Assembly: GCF_009834535.1 (NCBI RefSeq) | Contig: NC_045707.1 | Coordinates: forward strand, 48,486,001 to 48,550,000 | Reading direction: 5' to 3' | From: Camelus ferus | Taxonomy: Eukaryota | Length of the DNA: 64,000 nt | Shown: in pieces, positions 52,223-64,000 of the stretch | Position numbering within the stretch: the first letter of the stretch is position 1 | How the letters are laid out: the number at the start of each line of letters is the position of its first letter | Notes under the pieces: model-generated | Databases searched by the model: none | What the model saw: the letters and a program-made list of their open reading frames with translations, nothing else | What the model was told of the DNA's origin: nothing | Translations under genes and position numbers: made by a program

Positions 52223-53050
52223 TATCCAGAAGAGGTATCTATATACTGTATGCTCATTGAAGCATTATTCACAACAGACAAAGTATAAAGACAACCTAAG
52301 TATCTGTTCACAGAGGAATAAAGAAGATGTAGTACATACAGGTGACCCTTGACCAGCATGGATTTGAACTGTGCAGGTCCACTTACATAAAGATATTTTT
52401 CAATAAATACTGCGCTACTACACCATCCTTGGTTGGTTGAATCCATTGATACAAAACTGGAGATATGGAGACGTGACAGTGAAGTTATACTCAGATTTTC
52501 TACTGGGGGTTGATTCCCCTAATCCCTGCATTGTTCAAAGATCAACTAATGTATACACGATGAAGTATTATTCAGCCTTCAACAAGAAGGAAATCCTGCT
52601 GTTTGTGACAAGAGGAGCATTATGTTAAGTCAGATAAACCAGAGAAAGACAAATACTGCATGGCATCATTTACATGTGAAATCTAAAAAAAAAAAAAAGA
52701 ATAGTCAGATTCTTAGAAACAGAGAGTAGAATGGTGGTTGCCAGGAACTGAGGGGAAATAGAGACTGGTGAAATGGTTCAAAGTTTCAGTTATGGGGGGG
52801 TCTAACGTTTAGCAAAGTGACTATAGTTGAGAATACTGTATTGTATAATTAAAACTTGCTGAGAGTAGAACTTAAGTGTTCTCAGTAAAGGAAAAAAAGG
52901 TAAATATAAGAGATGATAAATTTGTCAACTCAATCATAGTAGTTCTTTCAGAATGTACGCGTATATCAAATGATCATGTTGTATACTTTAAATATCTTAC
53001 AATTCTGTTTGTCAATTATACCTCGATAAAACTGAAAAGAAAAAGAAAAG
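52223..53050 (+). mobile_element. LINE-1 ORF2 end and 3' UTR (L1MA9-like), interrupted by a Tigger MITE
   Basis: cattgaagcattattcacaac...aagaaggaaatcctgc...agaatggtggttgccagg...tgtcaattatacctcgataaaactgaaaagaaaaag. Confidence 0.9.
52339..52548. mobile_element. Tigger2-derived MITE (MER8-like, TcMar)
   Basis: TIRs caggtgacccttgaccagca ... tgcattgttcaaagatcaacta; TA on the left flank. Confidence 0.88.
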
Positions 53051-54109
53051 AACTTGGTTTGAAATCCTAAATGTCTTTTGATAGTCCGATTATTCAATCC
53101 TTACGATACAATATTTACAACAAAAAGACTACTTCTGCCTTGAAAATCATCTATATATTTAAGCTCAAAAGCATGACAAACAGACTTTAAGGTGCATGTA
53201 TATCTACTCACTACATCACAACTTTTAGTCATTTGTAATCATCAATAACTGATCAATTAATATCAAGTCAAGTCAATGCTACAATCAAGAGATCTTTTTA
53301 TTAATGATAAAATTACTTTTAAAACAATGGAGTATTTTCGTTTGTGTGTTTGTATTTGGTTGGCTTGTTATCATTTGTAGGCTAATTTTTTTGTATGTTT
53401 TAATTGTATAGCTATCACCTTAGATTTATTATTTAAATTCAAAACAAAACAAAAAAAAGAGTTAAGGAAAATACTTTACCCTGGTGATCTTTAAATTTAG
53501 TTGGTAGAATATTGATTTGTGAGTGGATGCCTCAAAAGTGAAGGGGGTGGGGGACTGAGAGTAGGTTGAAGCAGAAAAAAGAAGCAATAAAAATGGGAGA
53601 CCATTTATATAAGATTTTATTCCTAATTCTGTACTTCCAATTAGACCAGCTCTAAGGGAATGGGAAATACATACATGTTTGGTCGGCCATTATTTAACAG
53701 AAGAAGACTTGAAATAAAATTGGGTATGTTACTTCCTTTAATTTACATTGCTTCATGACTTTTTCTATTTTTTTCAATAAATTTCATATTTATATAAAAT
53801 CTGAGTAAAGACAAGACATTGACTAAGTCTTAATTCACCAGTTGTTAGATCTCAAGTTGAAGTCTTTGATTTCACTATTATAAATAATTCTGTAGTCAAC
53901 ATCCCTATGGATATAAATTTTCTTATGTTAGATTTTTTTCTTTGGTTGCTATAATGGAGTTATATGAATGAAATGCAGGCACATATATAAGACTCTTGAC
54001 ACATACTACCGAATTATTTTCCAAAAGGATTCTGGCAGTCACAGCTGAAATCTATAAACCCAATAGCATTATCATATTAATTTTTCTCTTTTTTTGTTCA
54101 GTTTTTTGT

Positions 54110-57100
54110 TCATTTTTTGTTCAGTTAATAAAATGCAATTTATATACAGAAAAAATTACCTGTTTTAGTTGTACAGTTTGTTGATTTGGCAAATGTATAC
54201 ATGTGTAACTACAATAAAAATTTATATAATAGGTATTTCTGTCACTGTAAAAAGTTACTCTGTGGAACTACGTGTTGAGGTAGGTTCCACCTCCCTTCAG
54301 CCACTGCAAACCACTAATTTGATTTTGTTGCTATAGTCTTGCTTTTTCCAGTATCATATAAATGGAAATATAGGATATGTAACCTTCTTACACTGGCCTT
54401 TTTACTCAGTTTAATCCTGAGAGCATCACGTTGTTGATGTGTCGTTAGTTTGTTCCTTTTTTGCTTAGTAGTGATCTGTTCATGGATGAACCACAATTTT
54501 TGTATCCATTCACCATTTGAGAGAATTTGAATTGTTTGTAGTTTTTGGTGATTATGAACATTCAGGTATTATGGGGCTATATTTTCAACACTTATAAAGA
54601 TACTTTGAAATGGGATGGTTGGTTCATATGGTAAGTGTATGTTTAACTTTGTTTCTCAACTCCTAAATGGTTTACTGAGATGGCTATATCATTTTCCGTT
54701 CCCTCTGCATCCCCTCACCAGTAATTTTTTCAGGGGGTGGGAGAGGGAATTTCAGCCAATCTAGTAGGTATGTAGTGATACCTCATTGTGATTTAAGTTT
54801 AAATTTTCCTGATGATTAATGATACTAAGCATCTTTCCATGTTTATTTAACATCTATATTTTTGTGGGTTTGTATGAAGTTTCTCTTCAAAACTTTTGTC
54901 CACTTATACTAGATTGTGTGTCATATTATTGTGGTTTAAGAGATCTTTTGCAAGCAGAAAGCTTTAATTTTGAGGTGTAAATTATTAACTTTTATCTTGT
55001 GATTTCTACTTTTGTGTGTTAGATAAGAATATTTGCCTGCTCCAGGATCACAAAGATTTTTTTCCTACATTTTCTTCTAGAAGTTTTGTATTTCTAAGTT
55101 TCACATTTAGGTCTATGATCCATTTTATGTTAATCTTTTTTTTTTTTTTTTGTATATAATGTGTGACAAGAGAAGAGATGAAGTCTTTTTTTCTTCCAGC
55201 ATACAATTTATTGAAAGGCGTATACTTTCTTACTAGCATTTCCTTGGAACACTACGTTTGTCAGAAAGTCAATGGACTATTGACATGTGGGTCTATTTTT
55301 GAACTTTCTATTTTTCATCAATCAATAGCACTAAAATCACATTGTTTTATTTACTGAAGATTTATGGTAAATCTTGAAATCAGGCTTTGTGTGTCTTCCA
55401 AGTTTTTTCTTCTGCTTCAGAATTTGTTGGGCTCCCTAGGCCATTGTCTCTCCATATAAATTATAGAATCATCTTCCCATTTGTAAAAAATAAGCCTCCT
55501 TGAATTATGATTAGTATTTTTTTTATTCTATGTATCAATTTAGGAAGAATTAACAGGTTAACAGTATTGAGTTTTCCAATCCACAAGCAGAATATTTTTT
55601 CTCAATTTATTAGATCATTTTAAATTTCTCTCATGAGTGTTTTCATTATTTTCAGCATGAAATTATTGCACATACTAGATTTGTTAGTTCTAGGTGCTTC
55701 ATGTTTCCTTTTTTATGCTATTATATATTAAGAAGATTTAAACATTTATATCAATATCCAATTGTTCAGTATTATTATACACAAATATAATTGATTTTTG
55801 TAAGTTGACCATGTATCCAGTGACTTTTTGAAACTCATTTACGATTTCTATGAGGTATGTTGTAGAGTCTTTCAAATTGTATTTATAGATGACTGTGATT
55901 CTGTGAAAGTAATTATAGTCATGTTTATTCTTTGCAAGTCTGTATGCCTTTTAATTTACACATCTTGTCTTATCTCACTGGCTGGGACCTCCTATACAAT
56001 GTTACATAGAACTGGTGAGATTAGACATCCTCTTATTCAATATATTGTGGAGAAAGCGCTATTATTTTACAGTTAAGTATGCTGTCAGTTATAGGTTTTT
56101 TGTAGGTGCCCTTGATCAAGTTAAGGGAGTTCCTTTCTATTGTTAGATTGCTGAGAAATTTTTTATTTTGAGTAGATGTTGAATTTTTTCAATTTCTTTT
56201 ATTGTAGCTATTGAGATGATGTATTTTTCTACTAGATTGTTTTGATGTAGTAAATTATAAGGACTGATTTTCAAACTGTAAATCAGCCTCAAATTTAAGG
56301 GATAAATGTCACTCATTCATGTTGTATTCTTTTTTGCTATTTCTAAATTTGATTTGCTAATAATTTCTTAAAGAATTTTGCATCTATTTTCATGTGAAAA
56401 TATTGGATAATAATAAGTTTTTTTGTACTGTTTTTGTGTTGGTCTATGTTAAGTTTTCTTTTCTTATAATGTTTTTCTCTGATTTTGGTACTAGTAGTCC
56501 TTTTAAAATGAGTTGGAAAGTGTTCTCTCATTTTCTCTTTAGGAGAGAAACTTCTTGTAGGAGTTTGTGTAAAGTTGGCATAATTCTTTAAATGTTTCAT
56601 AAAATTTACACATGGTGTGTTGTATAAATGACAATTAGATAAAATTGGTTGGTAGTGTTACTATTTTATGTTCTCTATATCCTTATTTATTTTCTGTCTT
56701 CATGTTTTATTACTGAAAATGCATTTTATAGGTTTCAACTATAATAATTGATTTATCTCTTCTCCTTTCAGGTCTGTCAGTTTATGTTTCATATATTTTG
56801 ATGATCCGTAAAGTGAATACATGATTAGGATTGTTCTATCTTCTTGATGAATCGATTCCTTTACCAACACAATGCCACAGTTACATAGATTTTGGGAGAA
56901 GACACAAGACCCCTGGGTCGGAGACAAAGCCTTTTATTTCTCACAACAAATAAAATAGCATGAGCTTCATGTTTATATCAATTTCCCCTTTCCCCTAAAT
57001 CTCTTGAGTACAGGATACTGTAAGCCTAGATAGATGCTGTGCACAAAATGAATGTGTGTCCATTTGAGGAACACTGAGCTTATGAAACCCCAAGGCTGTT

Positions 57101-58330
57101 GTTACACAGAAGAAGGCTGTTAGGAAACCTGCCCAGCATTTTCCCTGGAGGACATTATCTCTGTTATCCAGACAGCAAACAAATCTGCCCTATGCCCTGG
57201 AGATGATGAGAGACACAATATCTATCTTTCTAGGCTGTTCCCTACGCAAACATCCTTAAGAGAATTGTCCATAATGAATGGAATCACAAGATGTGAGGAT
57301 ATGTTAGAGACACAAGGAGAATTGTTTCCCAACAATATCCCTTCTTATGCCTGGAGGTATTCCTCATTCTGTATTCTGTTTTGTGTATTAATATAGCTAC
57401 TTGCTCTTCATTTTGATCAGTATTTTCTTGGTATATATTTTTCCATTTTTTAAAACTTTTAAAGTGGACGTTTTTTGGAAAGCATTTGTTATTAATTTTT
57501 TATCCTATCTGACACTCTGCCTTTTAGTTGAGGGGTTAAAGCCTTTTATATTAAATGTAACTATTATAATGAATGAATTCAAATCTACTAACTTGCTATT
57601 ATTTTCTAATTGTTTCTTTTGTTATGTTACTCTTTTAACCTTTTTTTGTTACTTTTCTATGGTTTATAATATATCCTACCTTGAAGTTATATAATCCCAC
57701 TGCAAATTATATTATTCGATTTTACTTCATTTTACAACTATATGCTTCTGTTTTTTTGCTTCCAACAATTTTGCTATTTTTTGTGCTACATTTTGCTTCT
57801 ATATATACTAAACAACCCATAATACTTTGTTACTATATTTTACTTAAACAGATACTAATCTTTTTAATCTATTAGAAATAAGAAAGAAAATCTCTTATAT
57901 TTAATTTAATTTATATGATTCCTGGGACTATTATTTATGTAAATTCAGATTTTCATATGCATTTTAATTTTCTTCTGCCTAAAGTACATGCTTTAATATT
58001 TATCATAGTATAGATCTGTTGGCAATGAGTTCTGTAAGTTTTTGTTTGAACAAGTCTTTGTCTTTATTGTTACCTTTCTTCTGCTTGTCTTAAGTTTAAT
58101 TTACTTTTCTCTTCCCAGTTTACTAGAGTGGAAGTTTTGGTTATTGCTTTGAGATTTTTCTTCATTTCTAATCTGTGTATTCAGTGCTATAAATTTCCCT
58201 TAAACACTGCTTTTGCTGCATCCCACAAATTTTGATAATTTTATATTTTTGTTTTCATTTGTTTTAAAATTTCTCTTGAGACTTCTTTGTCCAATGTGTT
58301 TCTCAGAAAGATGTTGATTGATTTTCAAGG
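54110..58330 (-). mobile_element. Long, decayed LINE-1 (3' UTR through ORF2 to ORF1; about 4.2 kb, rearranged at the right end)
   Basis: Continuous T-rich antisense L1 motifs: acatttaggtctatgatccatttt, ttgatcaagttaagggagttcctttctatt, agaattttgcatctattttcatg, gtgctataaatttcccttaaacactgctttt; minus-strand ORFs 55048-55239 and 56343-56600 contain ORF2-like peptides. Confidence 0.9.
56873..57334 (-). mobile_element. ERVL LTR of the MER74/MER54 group nested in L1
   Basis: Minus strand starts tgttgggaaacaattctccttgtgtctct, contains aaggatgtttgcgtagggaacagcc and ends ...ggca. Confidence 0.8.
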
Positions 58331-58881
58331 AGTGGTGGACATTTTTTTTGTGAGGTTTTTTTACACCTTAAGTGAAAGCAGAACATTGATATAACTATAA
58401 TTTGTCTTTTTTTTCCTCCTAGAAACGATGAAACTTTTCCATATATTTATTCACTTCTCTATTTCATTGACTGTAAGACACACATTTCTGTTTTTTCTTA
58501 CTTAACACTGAAATTGAGTTCAGTCTTAAAACTAAAGTTGCTCCTTCTCCAGTCATGGTTGGTCAGACAATCTTGTTTATTAATGCCTGAGTAAAGATGT
58601 AATTATTTCCTGAGCATGGTCAAGTATTAGAAGTACTATTAGCAAAACTTTCAGAATTGGTGTCAGTGATTTTGAAAAAAAAAAAAATAAAAAACTAAAC
58701 CTAAAATCTGGGTACAAGACACTAGCGGGAGACTTTTTAAACAATACATGAAGATAACGTAAAATGATGGGAGCAGTGGAAGTGATAAAACAGAAGTGTG
58801 TAGCAGCATTCCTGAAATAGAAATGGGAAGCAGAGTGATCCTGCATAATATCAGTATGGCCTAAAATCTGAGCACCAATAG

Positions 58882-59044
58882 CTTTAATTTCCCATGTAGA
58901 TTCTATTAAGAAATGCTGCATCACCAGTATTCTTTTGGTATAGAGGACAATATCATGTGGGAAAACATGGACAGTAATGGCTCTGACTCAAAAAATGATT
59001 AAGAAGAAGTACTTTAATTTCCCATGTAGATTCTATTAAGAAAT
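58882..59044. repeat. Perfect 33-bp direct repeat (58882-58914, 59012-59044) with a 97-bp spacer
   Basis: ctttaatttcccatgtagattctattaagaaat occurs twice. Confidence 0.97.
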
Positions 59045-59159
59045 TTCATCATTAACTCCTACAGACATTAACCAAAATGAGAGATCAAGAGAGCAGGAAA
59101 GAAGAAGGGAAGAAATAGTAAAGGCAGACTGGCATTTCTTCTTCTTTTTTATGTTTATA

Positions 59160-59777
59160 TATATTTTTACTGAAGTGTGGTCAGTTTACAATGCTGTGTC
59201 AATTTCTGGTGTACAGCATAATGCTTCAGTCATATATGAACATACATATATTCATTTTTATACTATTTTTCACCATAGTTTACTACAAGATAATGAATAT
59301 AGTTCCCTGTGCTATACAGTATGAACTTGTTGTTCATCTATTATATATATATTAGCTACTATCTGCAAATCTTGAACTCCCAATTTATGCCTTCCTACCC
59401 CTTCCATCACTGGTAACCAAGTTTGTTTTCTATGTCTGTGAGTCTGTTTCTGTTTTGTAAATAAGTTTGTCTTTTTTTTTTTTTTTTTGATTCCACATAT
59501 AAGTGATGTCATATGGTATTTTTCTTTCTCTTTCTGGCTTACTTCACTTAGAATGACAATCTGCAGGTCCATCCATGTTGCTTCAAATGGCATTATTTTG
59601 TTATTTTTTATGGCTGAGAGTCCATTTTATAAATATACCACATCTTCTTTATCCAGTCATCTGTCAATGGACATTTAGGTTGCTTCCATGTCTTGGCTAT
59701 TGTAAATAGTGCTGCTATGAACATTGAGGTGTGTGTACCTTTTTTAATTAAGATTCCCTCTGGATTTGTGTCTAGGA
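59160..59777 (-). mobile_element. Lineage-specific LINE-1 3' end (5'-truncated)
   Basis: ORF 59312-59593 MPFEATWMDLQIVILSEVSQKEKEKYHMTSLICGI is the standard L1 post-ORF2/3' UTR translation. Confidence 0.93.
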
Positions 59778-59908
59778 CATTATTTAGATGGCCGCAGAAG
59801 AGAGATTTATCAACTATTCAAAACTTTGTTTGATACCAAGGTATAAAAATTATAAAAATGGATGATTATTGCTTTAGCAGAAAGAATAACTTCAGACATA
59901 CATTTCTT

Positions 59909-60478
59909 TTTTTTTTTTTTAACTTTTTTAATTGATTTATAATCATTTTACAATGTTGTGTCAAATTCCAGGGTAGAGCACAATTTTTCATTTATACATG
60001 AACATGTATATATTCATTGTCACATTTTTTTCTCTGTGAGCTACCATAAGATCTTGTATATATTGCCCTGTGCTATACAGTATAATCTTGTTTATCTATT
60101 CTACAATTTTGAAATCCCATCTATCCCTTCCCACCCTCCGCCCCCTTGGCAACCACAAGTTTGTATTCTATGTCTGTGAGTCTATTTCTGTTTTGTATTT
60201 ATGCTTTTTTTTTTTTTTTTTTTTTTAGATTCCACATATAAGTGATGTCATATGGTATTTTTCTTTCTTTTTCTGGCTTACTTCACTTAGAATGACATTC
60301 TCCAGGAGCATCTATGTTGCTGCAAATGGCATTATGTTGTCGGTTTTTATGGCTGAGTAGTATTCTGTTGTATAAATATACCACATCTTCTTTATCCAGT
60401 CATCTGTTGATGGACATTTAGGCTGTTTCCTTGTCTTGGCTATTATAAATAATGCTGCTATGAACATTGGGGTGCAGG
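59909..60478 (-). mobile_element. Young LINE-1 3' end with poly(A) tail and perfect 17-bp TSD
   Basis: TSD tcagacatacatttctt at 59892-59908 and 60479-60495; poly(T) on the plus strand; ORF2 C-terminus CTPMFIAALFIIAKTRKQPKCPSTDDWIKKMWYIYTTEYYSAIK is intact. Confidence 0.96.
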
Positions 60479-60734
60479 TCAGACATACATTTCTTATATA
60501 AGTGTAATTGCACTGTGCTCCCAACCTGTGGTAAAGAAGACTTTCATGATTAGAGTAGAGTTTCATGGTTAGGGTAAAACTTTTTGACATTATTTATTTT
60601 TCTTTAGAATTTTGTTCAATCTCCAATTTTTTAAGAAAGAGAGTTTTTCCTCTAAACTTGTCAGTTATTTATTTGACTTTCTATTTCTACTCTTGTCAAG
60701 AACTTTGAAGAATGAAAGACAGTAGTGATATGGC

Positions 60735-61080
60735 CTTGTCTAAGGAGACAGAATTAGGAGTTTGTTTCCAGTTTCTGTCACTTATCAGCCAAGTAACTTT
60801 TGGCAAATTATCTAACTTCTCTGTTCCCATTTCTTCAACGGTAAGATGGGGATTATTTTTTAAATAGGTAACATTTACAGAATACTTCATATTCAGTTAA
60901 TATAGTAGGTGCTTTCTGCGTATCATTCCATTTAGTCTTCACTAGAGACTTATGGAGAAAGTGTTAGTACCATCTCCATTTATACATATGAGACACTAAC
61001 AAGGTCACAATAGGATAAAATGAAATAGTACTTATACTCTTGGTGTGGAGAGTAGGCGCTCAATATGGTAATGATGATTA
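60735..61080. mobile_element. Plus-strand MIR apparently interrupted by an inverted MIR (about 60865-61010)
   Basis: ggcaaattatctaacttctctgttcccatttcttc (plus core); catttagtcttcac...ccatttatacatatgagacact (minus core); agtaggcgctcaata (plus 3' end). Confidence 0.6.
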
Positions 61081-63389
61081 CGTCAAAGATGATGACAATG
61101 GTGATGATGATAACAATGACAAAGATAACATTTCTGTGCGTCAGCATTATGCCATCATCTTAGATAAATATGCATTTAACTATTAGAAATAAAGCATCAA
61201 CAGTTTATTGCATAAATATTTATTGACACCCTTTTATGGCCAGACCCTAAAGGTATAAAACTAAGATATAATGAATGCTATTTTAAGGAGTCTCTAGATT
61301 AGTAGAAAAGGGAGAAGTATGATCCAAAGAAGAAAATATTAAGGGAAGGAATAATGAGGGGTAAAGGAAGGGAAGAAGAATACAGGGAGAAGAAAGCGGA
61401 GAGATGACAAAATGAGAATAAAAAGGAAGGCAGGGTAATCCTATAGGAAATGCAGTTGGCTTCATTTGGATTGCACAATAGGAGGTATATTCCAGCCTCT
61501 AATAACATGCCATGCATCAGCGCCCAAATTCAGAAATCAGCTGCTGGGAAGACACATGTAAACACAGCAGAGCATTTTTCTTAAGGATGTGTGGTGATGC
61601 ATAGCGCCTGTCAAACTGGAATCTGGTTTTATGCAAAATGACTGCTGGATCACTGGTCCTAATTCTGTGTGCCATCCACAAAAAAGGAGAAGCACTGCAA
61701 AGCACTGTAGCATATGTGTGTACAATTGATATTATGAAATGATGTTAAGTTATAAAATCTAGTGAGAACAAGATGGATTTTTTCTGTTCATGCTGTGACC
61801 AGTTTTTTTCAAACATGCATATCTAAAGATTATGGAAAGGATGGGAAGAGATACGGAGAGACGGAAAAGAGGGAGGGGGAAAAAGGACAGAAAAATCATA
61901 GTAGCTTCCAACTGCTTCAGATCCTTTGGAAAGAGGTTTGGTATAAATTCTATCAAGGAAAATAGGTGCATTCAGTAGCTTTAGATACATTCTGTGCTGC
62001 TCCAGTTAATATGTCAAAATGTTCTGCTTTAAGCAAGAAGACAGAAAAGCTTTGCCATACCAGAAAGGGGCATCTTAATCCCATCACTCCTTTGTCACTC
62101 TCCCAGGAAGTAGCATTATGTAAGCATCTGATTTGCATCAGGGGGCAGCCTCGATTTTGGAGAAAGCTGTTTGCAATTCAGTAAGCTCCATGCACTATGT
62201 TGCCTTTTATATGATTCCTTATGGTACTGTTGATAATGATCGTAATACTTTTTTTTTCCCCAATGGAGAACACTGAGGCAATGCTGGAAAATCAAATGCT
62301 TGGTCTCTGTGTAAGTTAGAGGATATATGAAGTCTGAGAGAAATGAATCTTCATATTTTATGATCTCTGACCTGGATTAAGACAATTTACAAAAGGGCAC
62401 TAGGTCAGGTAGAAGCAAGGCTGAATTGATGGCCTTGAAATGAAGACTGGGACAGTTTGAAAAGTGAGGGAAGGAGAAAAATAGAAGAAGGGGGTGGGGA
62501 GGAGAGAGAGGAAAGAGAAACAGAGACAGAGAAGACAAAGAAAAAATAGAAGTTGCTAGGGAGGCTGGATGATGGGGTAGAAAAGCAATTTTGAAACCCT
62601 TGAAAAGGTCAAAAGTTTATATAAAATTCATCAAATGTTCTGCTCATTTCCCTAATTCATTCCTCTTAGCTTTTTGAGTGTGCTGGTTATGCCGCAGGAT
62701 CTTGTAAAGCCTGAGGTTTTCTTTCAATTTCCCATTTTGAATAGTTAAATAACAACCGCCTCCTTTATTGTCCTATAAATCTTAATTCTGTTTCCATCTG
62801 AGCTGAGTTGTTAAAAGGTTAATAATTTAGAGCTGTTTCCTGCTTTGCCTGGGTTACTCCTTGACAGAAAACACTTGAAGTAAGCTACTTCTTAATGTGA
62901 TGGATTGTGGCTATGGGTCACTTGGACTTTCCAAGTGAGATGGCCACAGTGTTGGAAGAAACCTTCCAACACAGACAACTCTCCAGATGTGATAGAAATG
63001 AATAGAGACACCATTGATAATTGGGGGAGAAAAAAGAAGGAGAAATAACAAAAACAATGGTTGTCAATGACAAGGACCTTGAGAACAGGGTCCATGCATC
63101 TTGTAGCAATCACCACAGAGTCTGGTACAGTGCATTGCACAAAAGAGATGCTCCATGTTCATCATAATGCATCCAAAAGCATAGACTGAATGCCCTGGTG
63201 CTTGTAATGAAAACAAGAACAAAGCAAGATTTCTAATCTTCAGTTGCTTGAAGTCAAGCAGGGATGACACAAGTAAACCAGAAAAAGAAACATAAATACT
63301 TCTTACACATTATCCTCGTATAACTTTTCTGTTCCCAATTTGTCCCAAATGGCATGCAGTATTTTGGAGATATGAAGATTATTATACGA

Positions 63390-63606
63390 AGTAGAGTTTC
63401 TCAACTTGACATTGACATTTGGAGCCAGATAATTTTGTGTGATGTAGGCTCTTCTCTTAGATTTTGTGGGATGATGAGTAGCATCCTGTGCCTCTATGCA
63501 CTGAATGCTAGTAGTACCCCATCCCCAGATGTAACAACGAAAAATATCTCCAGACATTATCAGATGTTCCCTTAGGGGACAAAATGCCCCTTGTTGAGAA
63601 CTACTG
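63390..63606. mobile_element. MER20 (hAT-Charlie MITE)
   Basis: gtttctcaacttgacattgacatttggagccagataatt...aaaatatctccagacatt...ggggacaaaatgccccttgttgagaactactg. Confidence 0.92.
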
Positions 63607-63694
63607 CCATAGAGCATTCAGGTTCTTCTTTTTTTTCTCAATTACTCTTTTGATTTTTGCTGTATCAGCCTTTGTTATGTTATATATGCAGTAA

Positions 63695-64000
63695 AAGTGG
63701 CAAATTGGTGGACTTCTCTGAGAACCATTCTCTCCTTCTTCCATGGTATTGGGTGCACATGGCACTCCATTAGAGACTGCTTAGCCCAGTTTCCTTTGCA
63801 GATTGATGTGGACATGTGACTAAGTTTAGTAACTGAAGTGGCGGAGTGATTAGAGTCACCTCTAAGCATTGGCATTAAAATAAAGAGCAAATTATTTTAT
63901 ACTTTTCCTTTCCTTTTTACTGTGGATCCTGGACAGCGGTGATTTAGCTTCAACAGTGCAAGAAACGCAACACCCTAGAGGACAGGGAAATAAGAGGATG
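63695..64000 (+). mobile_element. Old MLT1/LTR16-type LTR fragment
   Basis: cccagtttcctttgcagattgatgtggacatgtgactaagttt. Confidence 0.55.

Noticed and set aside
52080..53050. Oppositely oriented adjacent L1 pieces as a twin-priming 5' inversion
   Set aside because: Both pieces contain their own L1 3' terminus and look like different subfamilies, so they are two insertions.
58882..59044. 33-bp repeat-spacer-repeat as a CRISPR array
   Set aside because: Only two repeats, a 97-bp spacer, mammalian context and no cas genes.

Overview
AT-rich, CpG-depleted eutherian genomic DNA that looks intergenic or deep intronic. I found no credible protein-coding gene, RNA gene or CRISPR array. The listed ORFs are chance ORFs or decayed LINE-1 ORF2 C-termini. 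Much of the window is interspersed repeat: ancient MIR, L2, MaLR/ERVL LTRs, hAT and Tigger MITEs, old L1M fragments and a few younger L1 3' ends, one with a perfect 17-bp TSD. I recognised no Alu, B1/B2, Bov-A/BovB, PRE-1, Can-SINE or ERE; together with the style of the young L1 3' UTRs this tentatively suggests a camelid or other SINE-poor cetartiodactyl (inference). The standout region is about 40.6-42.2 kb, the only CpG-rich stretch. It is a minus-strand ERV1-like composite: two different LTRs in tandem, a degenerate tRNA primer-binding site and a leader with a strong splice donor. A 10-bp tandem array forming overlapping DR4 nuclear-receptor-type elements sits just upstream of the LTR TATA-like box. 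This is my best candidate for an undescribed functional unit (an LTR-derived, possibly hormone-responsive promoter and first exon), but function is inference only. Repeat family names come from recalled consensus sequences, not a search, and boundaries of old repeats are approximate.
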